Assembly (NCBI GenBank): GCA_963775425.1
Contig: CAVZJB010000009.1
Coordinates: forward strand, 272,616-336,615
Reading direction: 5' to 3'
From: an uncultured delta proteobacterium
GTDB lineage: Bacteria; Myxococcota; UBA727; VGSZ01
DNA length: 64,000 bases
Part shown: piece by piece, positions 50,801 through 59,721 of the stretch
Numbering within the stretch: position 1 is the first letter of the stretch
How the letters are laid out: each line of letters opens with the position of its first letter
The notes under the pieces: model-generated
The model's input: the letters and a program-made list of their open reading frames with translations, nothing else
Told to the model about the DNA's origin: nothing
The model's database searches: none
Made by a program: the position numbers and the translations under genes

Positions 50801-52202
50801 GCGCGCGGCTGGGGGAGAGCACAGGGGTACGCGCGACGAGGTCGACGAGGTAGCCGCCGCGGCGGCGGAGCTCGTCGAGGTCCTTTCGCACCGCGCGCAC
50901 CAGCTCCGCGAAGCCGCGCCCCGCGTCCAGGCCGACGAACAACGGGACGGTGGGCGCCAACAAGGCCGAGGCGGCTTCGAAGCGCTTGCGCACGGGGCCG
51001 TCTACGAGGGCGACGCACAGCTCGTCGCGGTCGCACAGCGTGGCCATGGCGAAGGAGAACGCGGCGGTGGCTGCGGCCTCGATGTCATCGGCGAAGCGCG
51101 AGCGCAGCTCGGGCAGGGGGAGCGAGTGCACCGACGTTTGTCCCGGCGGCCCCGCCGCCGACAAGAACGGCACCGCCGGCGACTCCGCGCGCGCGAGGCG
51201 CTTGACGAAGAACGGCTCGGCCTCGGCGATCTCGCGGGTGATCGCCGCGCGGCCCTCGCGTCCGGGATCGACGATCTGTCCACCGGGCTTGAGTCCCAGG
51301 TAGTGCAGCGCCTCCTCGACGGAGATCTCGACTCCGCTCAGGAGCGACGTCCGCTCCACGCGCAGCGCCCCCTGGGCGCACGCCACCACGAAGGAGCGGG
51401 CGTCGGCCTCGAGGACGGTGCCCGGGCCCCCGCCCGCGCCGGACACCGACGCCTCACGCACGACCACCGCGCGCTCCCCCGCCGACGTCTTGTGCACGAG
51501 CTTGGCGAGGGCGAAGCGGTTGATGTACGGGCCCCAGTCGCAGGCGCGCACGAGCCGGTCGAGCTCGGCGGCCGTCTGGCTCCAGTCGAGAGTGGCCAGG
51601 GCCGCGGGGCGATCGTGACGCGAGAAGATCAGCCGCTCGCCGCCGGGGTTCGTCCCCTTCGGCTGGGGGATGCCCGGCGGCGCGCCGTGCTCGAGCTTCT
51701 CGACGAGAGACTTGAAGGCGTCGAGCGCGAGCGCGGCGTTCTTGATGTTGAGGGAGACGGAGCTCTCGCGCTCCTCGATGTCGACGTCGCGGCGCTCGAG
51801 GATGTCGCCGGTGTCGATGCCGTCGGCGAGGCGATGCCACACCACGGCGTGCGTGCGCTCGCCGCGCAGGAGCGCCCACGCCGAGCCGTGAATGCCCGCG
51901 TAGCGGGGCAGCGGTCCGTCGTGGAAATTGACGGCGTCGATGCGCGCCTTGGTGAAGTGCTCGGCCTTGAGGATGGCGGGGTACGTGATGGACAAGAGGA
52001 CGTCGATGTCGCCGGCGGCCATGAGCTCACCGATGCGCGCGCGCCCGTAGACCGGCACGTCCTTGCCCCGCGCCCACTCGGCGAGGGCCGGGTTGAGCGT
52101 GACGAGGCCGGCGAGGGCGTGCCCCCGCTCCAGGAGGAGCTCGCCGCACGAGACGGCGAGCGGCTCTTCTCCGAGGACGAGGCAGCGAAGGTGCGCGGGC
52201 AC
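47829..52202 (-). CDS. Non-ribosomal peptide synthetase, single module: formyltransferase-like domain, ~260-aa C-domain-like linker lacking HHxxxDG, adenylation, PCP, thioesterase
   Basis: Fmt-like NFHDGPLPRYAG. A-domain motifs YTSGSTGRPKG, YKTGDL, GRADFQVKVRGFRVELGEIE, NGKLDR. PCP motif DDMGGHSLL. TE motif GYSFG. Confidence 0.9.
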   Translation of the reverse strand: MPAHLRCLVLGEEPLAVSCGELLLERGHALAGLVTLNPALAEWARGKDVPVYGRARIGELMAAGDIDVLLSITYPAILKAEHFTKARIDAVNFHDGPLPRYAGIHGSAWALLRGERTHAVVWHRLADGIDTGDILERRDVDIEERESSVSLNIKNAALALDAFKSLVEKLEHGAPPGIPQPKGTNPGGERLIFSRHDRPAALATLDWSQTAAELDRLVRACDWGPYINRFALAKLVHKTSAGERAVVVREASVSGAGGGPGTVLEADARSFVVACAQGALRVERTSLLSGVEISVEEALHYLGLKPGGQIVDPGREGRAAITREIAEAEPFFVKRLARAESPAVPFLSAAGPPGQTSVHSLPLPELRSRFADDIEAAATAAFSFAMATLCDRDELCVALVDGPVRKRFEAASALLAPTVPLFVGLDAGRGFAELVRAVRKDLDELRRRGGYLVDLVARTPVLSPSRALQTSALSCVAVLLDDGEALPPGAVLALRLSGGQASLVVDEGAVDTPRVRALVEQISAVCAQVAADPEKPLARVDLLDDETRKRQVFGWNDTAAPFSDEILIHTLFEEQVDARPDDVALEFEGETLTFAEVERRANRLAHALRARGVKPGQYVAFLLDRNFDLVTTMIGIAKSGAAYVPVDPGYPEERARFMVEDARAVAVVTSSSLPWGHGDGAPPPGIPILGVDGADVQGAPDTRPARVAASRDVSYAIYTSGSTGRPKGVVLTHRAVTNTLQWVNRTFSVGPRDKLLFVTSPSFDLSVYDVFGALGAGAVVEIASVETLREPELLVKKLTAPGITIWDSAPPALARLAPFFPARAPSSTLRLALMSGDWIPVKLPDHLREVFEGVEPVSFGGATEAAIWSNFHRIGHVDPSWRSIPYGRPIDNARYYILDRHMRPAPTGIAGDLYIGGLCLADGYLNREELTAERFLPDPFLPGERIYKTGDLARFWDDGTMEFLGRADFQVKVRGFRVELGEIEAVLRKQPGVRDVVCVARPDASGAKAVVAYVVPLHAAQPFDAPSLKAAVAAALPDFMVPSALVRLDRLPVTSNGKLDRAALPDPALVLERRALSPPRTPLEEKLVALWSDVLRAPVGVHDDFFDDMGGHSLLAVVVVSRLKKELGINVPLSRILAKPTIAALAQSLGDGERATSEPQSHLVVLNAHGTRPPLLIVSGAGGQVFIFRELAQRLGPDQPVYAFTAIGADGEDLPRESVEEIAAAYERELDARGLSGQQLVVGGYSFGAMVAYELAHRLRRRGKNVGAIVAFDAFAPGYPEKLPRMERALAHVEELRRRDALGRFNYVKDRIDNVRRRLLFKLGLGELLAPAVDGADREREDRMKQIWAILTQAQLAYMPKQNGETAPLLLFVAEHPFRWPATRMDDPTNGWRRWVKGRIDVVTVKGSHLELFRSENIERMATCITGLIDEVVDKRPARPRSLAAAPQADVGAADAI

Positions 52203-52237
52203 GTCGTCGGATTATCACGACCTGCGGCGCCCGCGCA

Positions 52238-54094
52238 TTATCGGTAGCCACGTGCCTGCAGATCGAACATCTCGGCGTAACGACCGCGCTTGCTCATGAG
52301 CGTGTCGTGCGTGCCGCGCTCGACGACCCGGCCCCTCTCGAGCACGACAATCTGATCTGCCGTGCGCACCGTGGAGAACCTGTGCGAAATCACGATGCCG
52401 ATTCGCCCGCGCAACAGACCGCGCAGCTCGGCGAAGATTTCTGCCTCCGCGGCCGGGTCGAGGTTCGCCGTGGGCTCGTCGAGGACCCACACGTCGGCGT
52501 CGCGGTAGATGAGGCGTGCGAGCGCGAGGCGTTGCCATTGGCCCCCGCTCAAGTCGTGCCCTCCCTCGAACAAGCGGCCGACGACGGACCCCAGTCCGTG
52601 CCCGATCTCGTCGACGATGCCGTCCGCGCGCGCGGACGCGAGCGCGCGTTCCGCCCGCTCCCGGTCGAACGGCAAGGAGATCCGGCCGAAGCGCAAGACG
52701 TCCTGCACCTCGAGCTCGTAGGCGCCGTAGTCTTGGAACAGCACCCCGATCCTGTCGCGCAGGCGCTCGGGGTCGGCGGCGCGCGCGTCGACGGCGACGT
52801 CGACGCCGTCGACGGGGCCCGAGAAGACGATCCGCCCCTCGTCGGGATCGAAGAAGCGGCACAGGAGCTTCACCAGGGTGCTCTTGCCGGCGCCGTTTTC
52901 GCCCACCAGCGCGAGGATCTCGCCGGCGCGCACCTCGAGGTCGACGCCGGCGAGCGCGCCCCGCTCCTCGTCGTGGCCCGGGTACCGGAACGACACGTTC
53001 TCGAGCGCCACCCGCGTGATGCGCTCGGGGAGGGCCTTCGCGACGGCCGGGGCGCGAACGGTGGGCTCGATGGCGAGGAAGCTGAAGTAGTCGTCGATGA
53101 ACTGCGCGTGCTCGTCGACGGTGACCAGCGAGCCGAGCGTGGCGCCGAGGTTGCTCGTCAGGGCGGTGAAGGCGCCGAAGATCGCGGCGACGTCGCCGAT
53201 GCTGAGGGTGCCGCGGGTGCCGGCGCCGGCGATGAAGATGTAGGCGACCAACAAGAGCGAGGCGGAGCCGGCGCCGCCGAGGAGGTCGAGGACGTTGGCG
53301 TCGCGGTAGAGCCGCCGCTTTTGCTCGAGCCGATCGAGCGACATGGCCTTGGCCCGGTCGACCACGTGCTGCGCCAGGCCGAACGCGCGCACGTCCTTGG
53401 CGAAGTGCGGCTCCGACGCCACCTGCACCATGTAGTCGTGCTCGCGCTCGCGGCGGGTGGTGCGCCAGAAGAGCTCGTAGAAGCGGCGGTTGGTGCGGAG
53501 CTTCATCAACGCCACCGGCAGCACGGAGAGCACGCCGAGGGGGACGAGCCGCGCGTCCAGGACGAACAGCGCGGAGCACAGGGTGACGAGCGTGATCGTC
53601 GACGAGAAGATGTGGATGAGCGTGAGCGTGAGGTTGTACGGGCGCCAGCCCACGTCGGCGCGGGCGCGCTGCAGCCTGTCGTGCCACGCGGGGTCGTCGA
53701 GGAGCGCGAGGTCGGCGGTGGCGACGTGCAGGAGGAACTTCTTGTGGGCGGACATCCAGACGCGGTCGGAGAACACGTCGTGGACGCGCCCGGTGAACGC
53801 CTGCAGCGATTGATTGAGGACGGCGAGGCCGCCGAGCGCGAGCACCGGGAAGAGCACCCGGTGATCCCGCCACGACGACGGGTGCGCCGCGATGCCGTCG
53901 ATGAGCCTGCCCGTGGCGAGGAGCGTCAGCGGCGTCAGCACGGCGCTCACCACGGTGAGCGCGAGGACGGTGCCCATCTGCCGCGGCGCCGCCTCCCAGG
54001 CGAGCGCCAGCGTGGCGCGCACGTTCCGCCAGATGCGCGCGGGTCGCGGCAGCATCTTGCGCACGGGCGGCGTCTCCTGGGCAGGCGCGGTCAT
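52238..54094 (-). CDS. ABC transporter, fused permease/ATP-binding exporter
   Basis: Six TM segments followed by Walker A GENGAGKST, signature LSGGQWQRLALAR and Walker B VWVLDEPT. ATG at 54092-54094. Confidence 0.8.
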   Translation of the reverse strand: MTAPAQETPPVRKMLPRPARIWRNVRATLALAWEAAPRQMGTVLALTVVSAVLTPLTLLATGRLIDGIAAHPSSWRDHRVLFPVLALGGLAVLNQSLQAFTGRVHDVFSDRVWMSAHKKFLLHVATADLALLDDPAWHDRLQRARADVGWRPYNLTLTLIHIFSSTITLVTLCSALFVLDARLVPLGVLSVLPVALMKLRTNRRFYELFWRTTRREREHDYMVQVASEPHFAKDVRAFGLAQHVVDRAKAMSLDRLEQKRRLYRDANVLDLLGGAGSASLLLVAYIFIAGAGTRGTLSIGDVAAIFGAFTALTSNLGATLGSLVTVDEHAQFIDDYFSFLAIEPTVRAPAVAKALPERITRVALENVSFRYPGHDEERGALAGVDLEVRAGEILALVGENGAGKSTLVKLLCRFFDPDEGRIVFSGPVDGVDVAVDARAADPERLRDRIGVLFQDYGAYELEVQDVLRFGRISLPFDRERAERALASARADGIVDEIGHGLGSVVGRLFEGGHDLSGGQWQRLALARLIYRDADVWVLDEPTANLDPAAEAEIFAELRGLLRGRIGIVISHRFSTVRTADQIVVLERGRVVERGTHDTLMSKRGRYAEMFDLQARGYR

Positions 54095-55056
54095 CAATAT
54101 CCCGCGGCGACGTCGACCACGCCGAGGAGCGGCTCCCGCGCGGCGTAGCGGCGGACGTTGTCGCGCACGCGCTCCTTCAGGAGCGGCACCGCCATCTCGG
54201 GCGTGTTCCCGACGTGCGGCGTGATGACGCAGCGCTCGCTGCGCCACAGGGGGTGATCCTCCGGGAGCGGCTCGGGATCGGTGACGTCGAGCGCGGCGCC
54301 GCCGATGACGCCGCGCGCGAGCGCGTCGACGAGGGCGCCGGTGTCGACGAGGGCGCCGCGCGCGACGTTCACGAGCCAGGCGTGCCGGGGCATGCACGCG
54401 AGCTCCGCGGCGCCGATCATCCCCCGCGTCTCCGGCGTCAGCGCCGCGGCGAGGAACACGACGTCCGCCCCGGCGAACGCCTCGCGCCGCGCTTCGAACG
54501 TCACCGTCCGCACCAGACCGTCGCCGCCGGCGAACGGGACGCTCCGGCGCCTGACGACGGTGAGCGCGCAGCGAAACGGCGCCAGCAGCGCGACCAGGCT
54601 CCGGGCGATGCCGCCGGCGCCGACGATGACGACCTTCCCGCCGAGGAGCGAGAGCCCATCCGCGGGCCCGCCGTTCGGCCGCACCCAGGAGCGCGCGAGC
54701 GCGCGTGCCTTCAGGTTGCGCAGCCCGGCGAGCGCCAGGGCGAGCGCGTGCTCGGCGACGGGGGCGGCGTACACGCCCTGTCCCGCGGTGAAGCGGTGGT
54801 TGTCGTCGAGGACGCTGAGGAACGGCTCGATGCCCGCCCACGGCAACTGCACCCAGCGGATGTTGTCGTGCAGATCGAGGAGGGCGCGCAGGTCGGCGGC
54901 CCCCGTCGAGCTCGCCCAGACGAGACCCTCGGCGTCCTCGGGGGAAGCGAGCGCGGCGCCGCCTTCGACGACGGCGTCCTCGAGGAACGGGCGCACGCCC
55001 TTCGGCGCCACGCAGACCTTCAGCGCGCTCACGGCGCCGATGATGCACGGCGCCAC
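54094..55056 (-). CDS. D-isomer-specific 2-hydroxyacid dehydrogenase family protein (NAD-binding)
   Basis: GxGxxG motif VGAGGIARS. Motifs GAALDVTDPEP and ITPH. Confidence 0.7.
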   Translation of the reverse strand: MAPCIIGAVSALKVCVAPKGVRPFLEDAVVEGGAALASPEDAEGLVWASSTGAADLRALLDLHDNIRWVQLPWAGIEPFLSVLDDNHRFTAGQGVYAAPVAEHALALALAGLRNLKARALARSWVRPNGGPADGLSLLGGKVVIVGAGGIARSLVALLAPFRCALTVVRRRSVPFAGGDGLVRTVTFEARREAFAGADVVFLAAALTPETRGMIGAAELACMPRHAWLVNVARGALVDTGALVDALARGVIGGAALDVTDPEPLPEDHPLWRSERCVITPHVGNTPEMAVPLLKERVRDNVRRYAAREPLLGVVDVAAGY

Positions 55057-55138
55057 CGGCCGCGGGAAGCGCGGAAGCGAAAGCGCGCCCCACGGGGGGC
55101 GCGCGCAGATCAGCGACCGGAGGGAGCGGCCGCGCAGA

Positions 55139-57064
55139 TCACAGGGTCTTGAGGAACGCGACGAGGTCGGCCTTGTCCTGGAAGGACAGGTTGGAGCCGT
55201 GGCCCATCTTGTCGGTGGCCACCAGGCGCTCGACGACGTCCTCGAGCGTGGCCGCGGAGCCGTCGTGCAGGTACGGCGCGCTCTCGATGAGCCCGTGCAG
55301 CACCGGCGTGGCGAACTCCGAGGACCAATCGAGGTTGTCGCCGCCGGTGCCGACGCTGTGGGTGAGGTTGTCGGTGAAGGCGTCGCCGGCGTGGCACTGG
55401 CCGCAGCCGGCGCTGCCGTAGAACAGCTCCTCGCCGTGGGCGACGGCCTGCGCGTCGAGGCCGCTCGGCGGCATGGGTGCCGGGATCTGGTCGAGGAATT
55501 TGCCGACCTTGTTCATGGCGGTGGCGTCGAGGCCGTTGCCGCCCATGCGGCCCACGATGGTGACGTCGCTGATGCCGGCCATGTTCGGCACGCTCTGATC
55601 CCAGTGGAAGGGCTCGGTGCCGAGGATGCCGCCCCACAGCGCGGGCGCGTTGCGCGGGCCCTCGGCGAAGTGCCAGGTGGTGCCGTCGGGGCCGCCGCCC
55701 GGGTGGCAGGAGTCGCAGGAGATGGCGCCGAACTTCGTGAGGTCGTCGTTGACGCTGTAGAAGAGCACGCGGCCCTCACGCACGTCGGCGGGCAGCACGG
55801 GCGCCGCAACGGTGAACGTGTTGTCGACGGAGATCTTCTTGAGCGCGCCGGCGCTGCCCCCGGCGTAGCGAGACTTGGCCGAGGCGTCGGCCGGCACCGC
55901 GAAGCTCGAGATGGTGTCGTCGAAGGCGTTGTAGACGTACGCCGTGGTCCCGTCGGGGGAGACCTGGATGGACTCGACGCCGACCTTCAGCGGCACCACC
56001 GCGACGATGGACGGCTCGCCCTCGCCGATCACCGGCCGGCGCACGATGACGTTGCCCGAGCCGCGCGCGACCACGAGCTGGAGCTTGCCGCCGTCGACGG
56101 TGGCGATCTCCTGCGGCCCGTTGAAGGTCTCGTCGTGCAGGAGGTTGCGGTTGAGCGCGTCGACCACGGGCGCGGCGTCACCGGCGTGCTCGGGGGCGCT
56201 GCCGTTGGCCTCCTCGAGGGGCCGGTTCTCGTCGGACAAGAGCGAGCCCGACGCCGGGTCCACGCGGCTGACGGCCGGGTTCACCGCCGGGTAGCCCGTG
56301 GGGCCGTCGACGTAATACGTGACCGAGGGCTGACCGGCGAAGTTGGTGCCGCCGAGGAACTGGGCCGGGTCGTTGTTGCACTCGACGTGGGGGACGACGA
56401 CGCCGTCGCCGTCCGCGCTCGCGGTGATGCTCCCCATCTGGTTGGGGAAGAAGAACTGCTTGGAGGGCAGGTGCATGTCGACGTCGGCCGCGACGTTGTC
56501 GCCGTCGATGATGGACACGTAGCCCGCGGTGAAGTGGGTGACGGCGACGCGGCCGTCCTCGAGGCGCACGATGCCGCGCGGGTCGCCGTGGTGGAGCGTG
56601 ATGCGCGAAGCGACGCGCGTCGGATCCGCGAGGTCGATGCGCGCGAGGTCGCCCTCGCCGGCGACGGCGACGAGCACGGCGTGACCGACCTGAACGAGGC
56701 CGAAGGGATCGCTGCCGACGTCGGCGGTGCCGTCCACGGTGCCCTTCTCGACGTTCACCACCGAGACGGTGCCGGCGTAGCGCGCGCTCACGGCGACGCG
56801 GCCGTCGTCGAGGACGGTGAGGCGGTGGGGATACCCGGGCACCGCGACCTCGCCGAGCTTGGCGCCGCTGTGGGCGTCGACGGCGCGCACCAGGTCATGG
56901 TCGGCGAGGGCGACGTAGAGAGTCTTTCCGTCCTTGGAGATCTGCATGCGGCCGGTCTGCGGCGCGCTCGCCGGACCGATCTTCACGTCGGGCTCGCAGC
57001 CCGATGCCAGCGAGAGGGAGAGCAGCGCGATGGGTACGGCGACGGCGAGGTGTCGAACGAGCAT
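55139..57064 (-). CDS. Lipoprotein with YVTN-type beta-propeller repeats and C-terminal di-heme cytochrome c domain
   Basis: Lipobox LASGC. CDSCH and CGQCH heme motifs. Confidence 0.65.
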   Translation of the reverse strand: MLVRHLAVAVPIALLSLSLASGCEPDVKIGPASAPQTGRMQISKDGKTLYVALADHDLVRAVDAHSGAKLGEVAVPGYPHRLTVLDDGRVAVSARYAGTVSVVNVEKGTVDGTADVGSDPFGLVQVGHAVLVAVAGEGDLARIDLADPTRVASRITLHHGDPRGIVRLEDGRVAVTHFTAGYVSIIDGDNVAADVDMHLPSKQFFFPNQMGSITASADGDGVVVPHVECNNDPAQFLGGTNFAGQPSVTYYVDGPTGYPAVNPAVSRVDPASGSLLSDENRPLEEANGSAPEHAGDAAPVVDALNRNLLHDETFNGPQEIATVDGGKLQLVVARGSGNVIVRRPVIGEGEPSIVAVVPLKVGVESIQVSPDGTTAYVYNAFDDTISSFAVPADASAKSRYAGGSAGALKKISVDNTFTVAAPVLPADVREGRVLFYSVNDDLTKFGAISCDSCHPGGGPDGTTWHFAEGPRNAPALWGGILGTEPFHWDQSVPNMAGISDVTIVGRMGGNGLDATAMNKVGKFLDQIPAPMPPSGLDAQAVAHGEELFYGSAGCGQCHAGDAFTDNLTHSVGTGGDNLDWSSEFATPVLHGLIESAPYLHDGSAATLEDVVERLVATDKMGHGSNLSFQDKADLVAFLKTL

Positions 57065-57331
57065 GGTGTGAAGTCTCCCCAGATGACGAACGTCGGACGA
57101 ACAGAAGCCGGCAAGGCGCGCTCAGAGAACCAAAACACGTGCCATGCGCTCGTGTGCTGTGCCACCGCGCACGGACGCGATCCTGGATCACCCCCCGGCG
57201 TGTGGGGCGAAATCCATGTGTGACAATTGTGTCGTGCGACGAAGATCTGTGGCGCGGATTCAATGGGTCGCGGGAGTGTCAGGTGCCGGTTCCCGGACGA
57301 GCTGCACGCAACCGTCGGGCGGCCGGTCGAA

Positions 57332-58552
57332 TCAGTCCGCCTGCGGCGGTTCCTCTTCGCTCGCCCGCCGCGTGCGCACCCAGGCGTCGGAGCGCTTCCA
57401 GGGACGGGCGACCACGAGCTTCCACAAGACGTACGCCGGCGCCGTCAGCAGAGCGAAGAGGCCGGCGACGCCGGTGCCGGAGAACGCCACGCCGCGCAGG
57501 ACGTAGGCCGCGAGCGACAGCGTCGACAGCGCCCACAGCGGCCACGCCGGCGACGGCCCGCCGGCGACGAAGACGTGGGCGCCCTCGACGGCGAGGCCGG
57601 CGACGACGACGAGCGCGGGGTACGAGATCGGCGGGACCATGAGGTCGCAGGCGAGATTGAAGAGCAGCAGCGAGCGCTGCGCCACCGCCGCCTTCAGCAC
57701 GCGCGGGAGGAGCGTGCGCATCAGGCCGAAGCGGCCGCCCTCCCAGCGGCGCCGCTGCGACAGCGCGGTCCCGGCGCTCACCGGCGCGTCGGAGCGGATC
57801 CACGTCTCCGGAGCGAACGCCACGCGGACGCCGTTCATCCCGAGCCGCACGCCGTACTCGACGTCCTCGACGACGCCGTACACCTCGTGCGGCACGCGCT
57901 CGAGGCACTCCCGTGAAAAGGCCATGCCCGTGCCGCGCAGCCCGACCGAGAGGCCGAGCCGCTCGCGCCCGAGCGAGCGCACGCCGTTGATCATCGCCAT
58001 CGCGATGGCCTGCAGGCGCGGCCGCCAGCCCGCGCCCGGGTTCTTCACGGCGTTTTCGACCTGCATCGCGAGGTCGCCGGCGACCACGCGGGCGCCCACC
58101 GCGCGCCAGAGGTTGCCGGCGACGATGGTGTCGGCGTCGACGACGATGACGCCCTCGACGCGCTCGTCGCCCTCGAGCGCCAGCGCGTGCGCGAACGCGG
58201 CCTCGAGCGCGTAGCCCTTGCCGCGGCGCACGTCGTCCCTGCGCTCGAGCACGCGGGCGCCGGCCTCGCGGGCGAGGGTGGCGGTGTCGTCGGTGCAGTT
58301 GTCGGCGACGACGAGGACGATCTTCTTGTCCGCGGGCGCGTCCGCGGCGAGCAGGCTCTTCACCGTGGCCGCGATGCCGTCCTTCTCGTTGTGCGCCGGC
58401 ACCACGCAGACGAGGCGCGGCGTGTCTGCGTCGGCGGGGGCCGGCGGAGGCCGCTTGCGCCACGACAGGAGCGTGAGGAACCCGAGGTACAGCCACACCG
58501 GCAACACGGCGACGGCGAGCACCCACGAGAGGACCTCGAGCGCCGCCGGCAT
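57332..58552 (-). CDS. Family 2 glycosyltransferase, membrane-embedded processive type
   Basis: DNCTDD and DAD motifs and a Q-R-R-R-W (QxxRW) motif, with flanking TM helices. Confidence 0.7.
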   Translation of the reverse strand: MPAALEVLSWVLAVAVLPVWLYLGFLTLLSWRKRPPPAPADADTPRLVCVVPAHNEKDGIAATVKSLLAADAPADKKIVLVVADNCTDDTATLAREAGARVLERRDDVRRGKGYALEAAFAHALALEGDERVEGVIVVDADTIVAGNLWRAVGARVVAGDLAMQVENAVKNPGAGWRPRLQAIAMAMINGVRSLGRERLGLSVGLRGTGMAFSRECLERVPHEVYGVVEDVEYGVRLGMNGVRVAFAPETWIRSDAPVSAGTALSQRRRWEGGRFGLMRTLLPRVLKAAVAQRSLLLFNLACDLMVPPISYPALVVVAGLAVEGAHVFVAGGPSPAWPLWALSTLSLAAYVLRGVAFSGTGVAGLFALLTAPAYVLWKLVVARPWKRSDAWVRTRRASEEEPPQAD

Positions 58553-58599
58553 CACCGCACGTTCTCGTCGAGGCCGTGTGCGCGCCGCATGGCGGGAGC

Positions 58600-59721
58600 A
58601 TGCCATCGGCCGGCGCGGCGCGGAAACGAGAAGCGCGCGGTGTCCGCGACGGCGGCGGGGCGTCGGGCACGGCGTGGTACGCTCGCGCGGTGGGGCACGG
58701 CACCGTCGTCGCGATCGTGGCCGTCGTCGTCGCCGGCGAGGGCTGCGCGGGCTGCAACGGCACGTTCACCCTGTCGTGCGCCGCCTCCACCGACTGCCCC
58801 GACGGCCTGTCCTGCGCCCCCGACGACATCTGCCGCCCCCATGACGCCGGCTCCGGCGACGGCGGCCCCCCCGTCGACACAGGCCCCACGGGCGACGGCG
58901 GCTCCCCCGGCGACGGCGGCCCCGTCGACGGCGGGCCCCCCGTCGACGGCGGCGAGGGCGAGGGAGAAGGAGAGGGCGAGGGGGAAGGCGAGCAGAGCGC
59001 CGCGAGCTGCGCCGCCGCGCTCGCCGCCGACCCGGCCGCGCCGAGCGGCATCTATCGCATCGGCGGCGCCGGCGTCGAGTGCGACATGACCACAGCGGGC
59101 GGCGGCTGGGCGCTCTTGTTCCGCTTCGACGCGCAGACGGACGACTGCCCCGCGGGGCTCGTCCGCGACGCCGCCAGCGGGGGCTGCGGACGCCCGCTGG
59201 ACGCGGCGCAGACGTCGCTGTTCCTGCCCGCGCCCGAGCCCTTCACGGAGCTGCGCGGCGAGGTCCGCGCGCTCGGCTTCGGCTCGCCCGACGCGTTCTT
59301 CGACACCGCGCCCACCATCGACGGCAACTACGGCGACGGCATCAGCTTCACCGTGGACTCGCCGCGCGTCCACGTCTTCACCCTCGCCCACGCCATCGCC
59401 GACGGCGCGAGCGGGTTCACCGTCCATCGCTGTCCGTGCGCGGGCGGAGATCCCCCGCCGGGCTTCGTCGGCACCGCCTACCTCTGCGAGGCGGCCACCA
59501 CCGCGTTCGTCGGCGGCGCGCGCACGCTCGACACCACCGACGTCCTGTGGGACGGGGCCGATCTCTTCCCGGGATGCGAAGGCGCGCCCGAGTCCGCGCC
59601 CGACTTCCAGGTCGCGCTCGCGGCCGAGGACCCCGGCCCCGTCGAGTTGCGCATCCTCCACAACGAGGTGAGCAGCGACGAGGACACGTACATCACCCGC
59701 GCGGAGCTCTGGGTGCGCTGA
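58600..59721 (+). CDS. Secreted protein with Cys-rich N-terminus, GEGEGE linker and fibrinogen-related (FReD) C-terminal domain; start uncertain
   Basis: GIYRIGGAGVECDMTTAGGGWALLFR matches the fibrinogen C-domain core (VYCDMTTDGGGWTV). Confidence 0.5.
   Translation: MPSAGAARKREARGVRDGGGASGTAWYARAVGHGTVVAIVAVVVAGEGCAGCNGTFTLSCAASTDCPDGLSCAPDDICRPHDAGSGDGGPPVDTGPTGDGGSPGDGGPVDGGPPVDGGEGEGEGEGEGEGEQSAASCAAALAADPAAPSGIYRIGGAGVECDMTTAGGGWALLFRFDAQTDDCPAGLVRDAASGGCGRPLDAAQTSLFLPAPEPFTELRGEVRALGFGSPDAFFDTAPTIDGNYGDGISFTVDSPRVHVFTLAHAIADGASGFTVHRCPCAGGDPPPGFVGTAYLCEAATTAFVGGARTLDTTDVLWDGADLFPGCEGAPESAPDFQVALAAEDPGPVELRILHNEVSSDEDTYITRAELWVR

Noticed and set aside
57065-57331. 267-bp intergenic region with a locally AT-richer core (gaaatccatgtgtgacaattgtgtcgtgcgacgaagatctg) as an sRNA or sigma-54 promoter
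   Set aside because: No convincing TGGCAC-N5-TTGC or -35/-10 consensus, and no terminator-like structure. It is probably just the promoter/5' UTR of the cytochrome lipoprotein gene.
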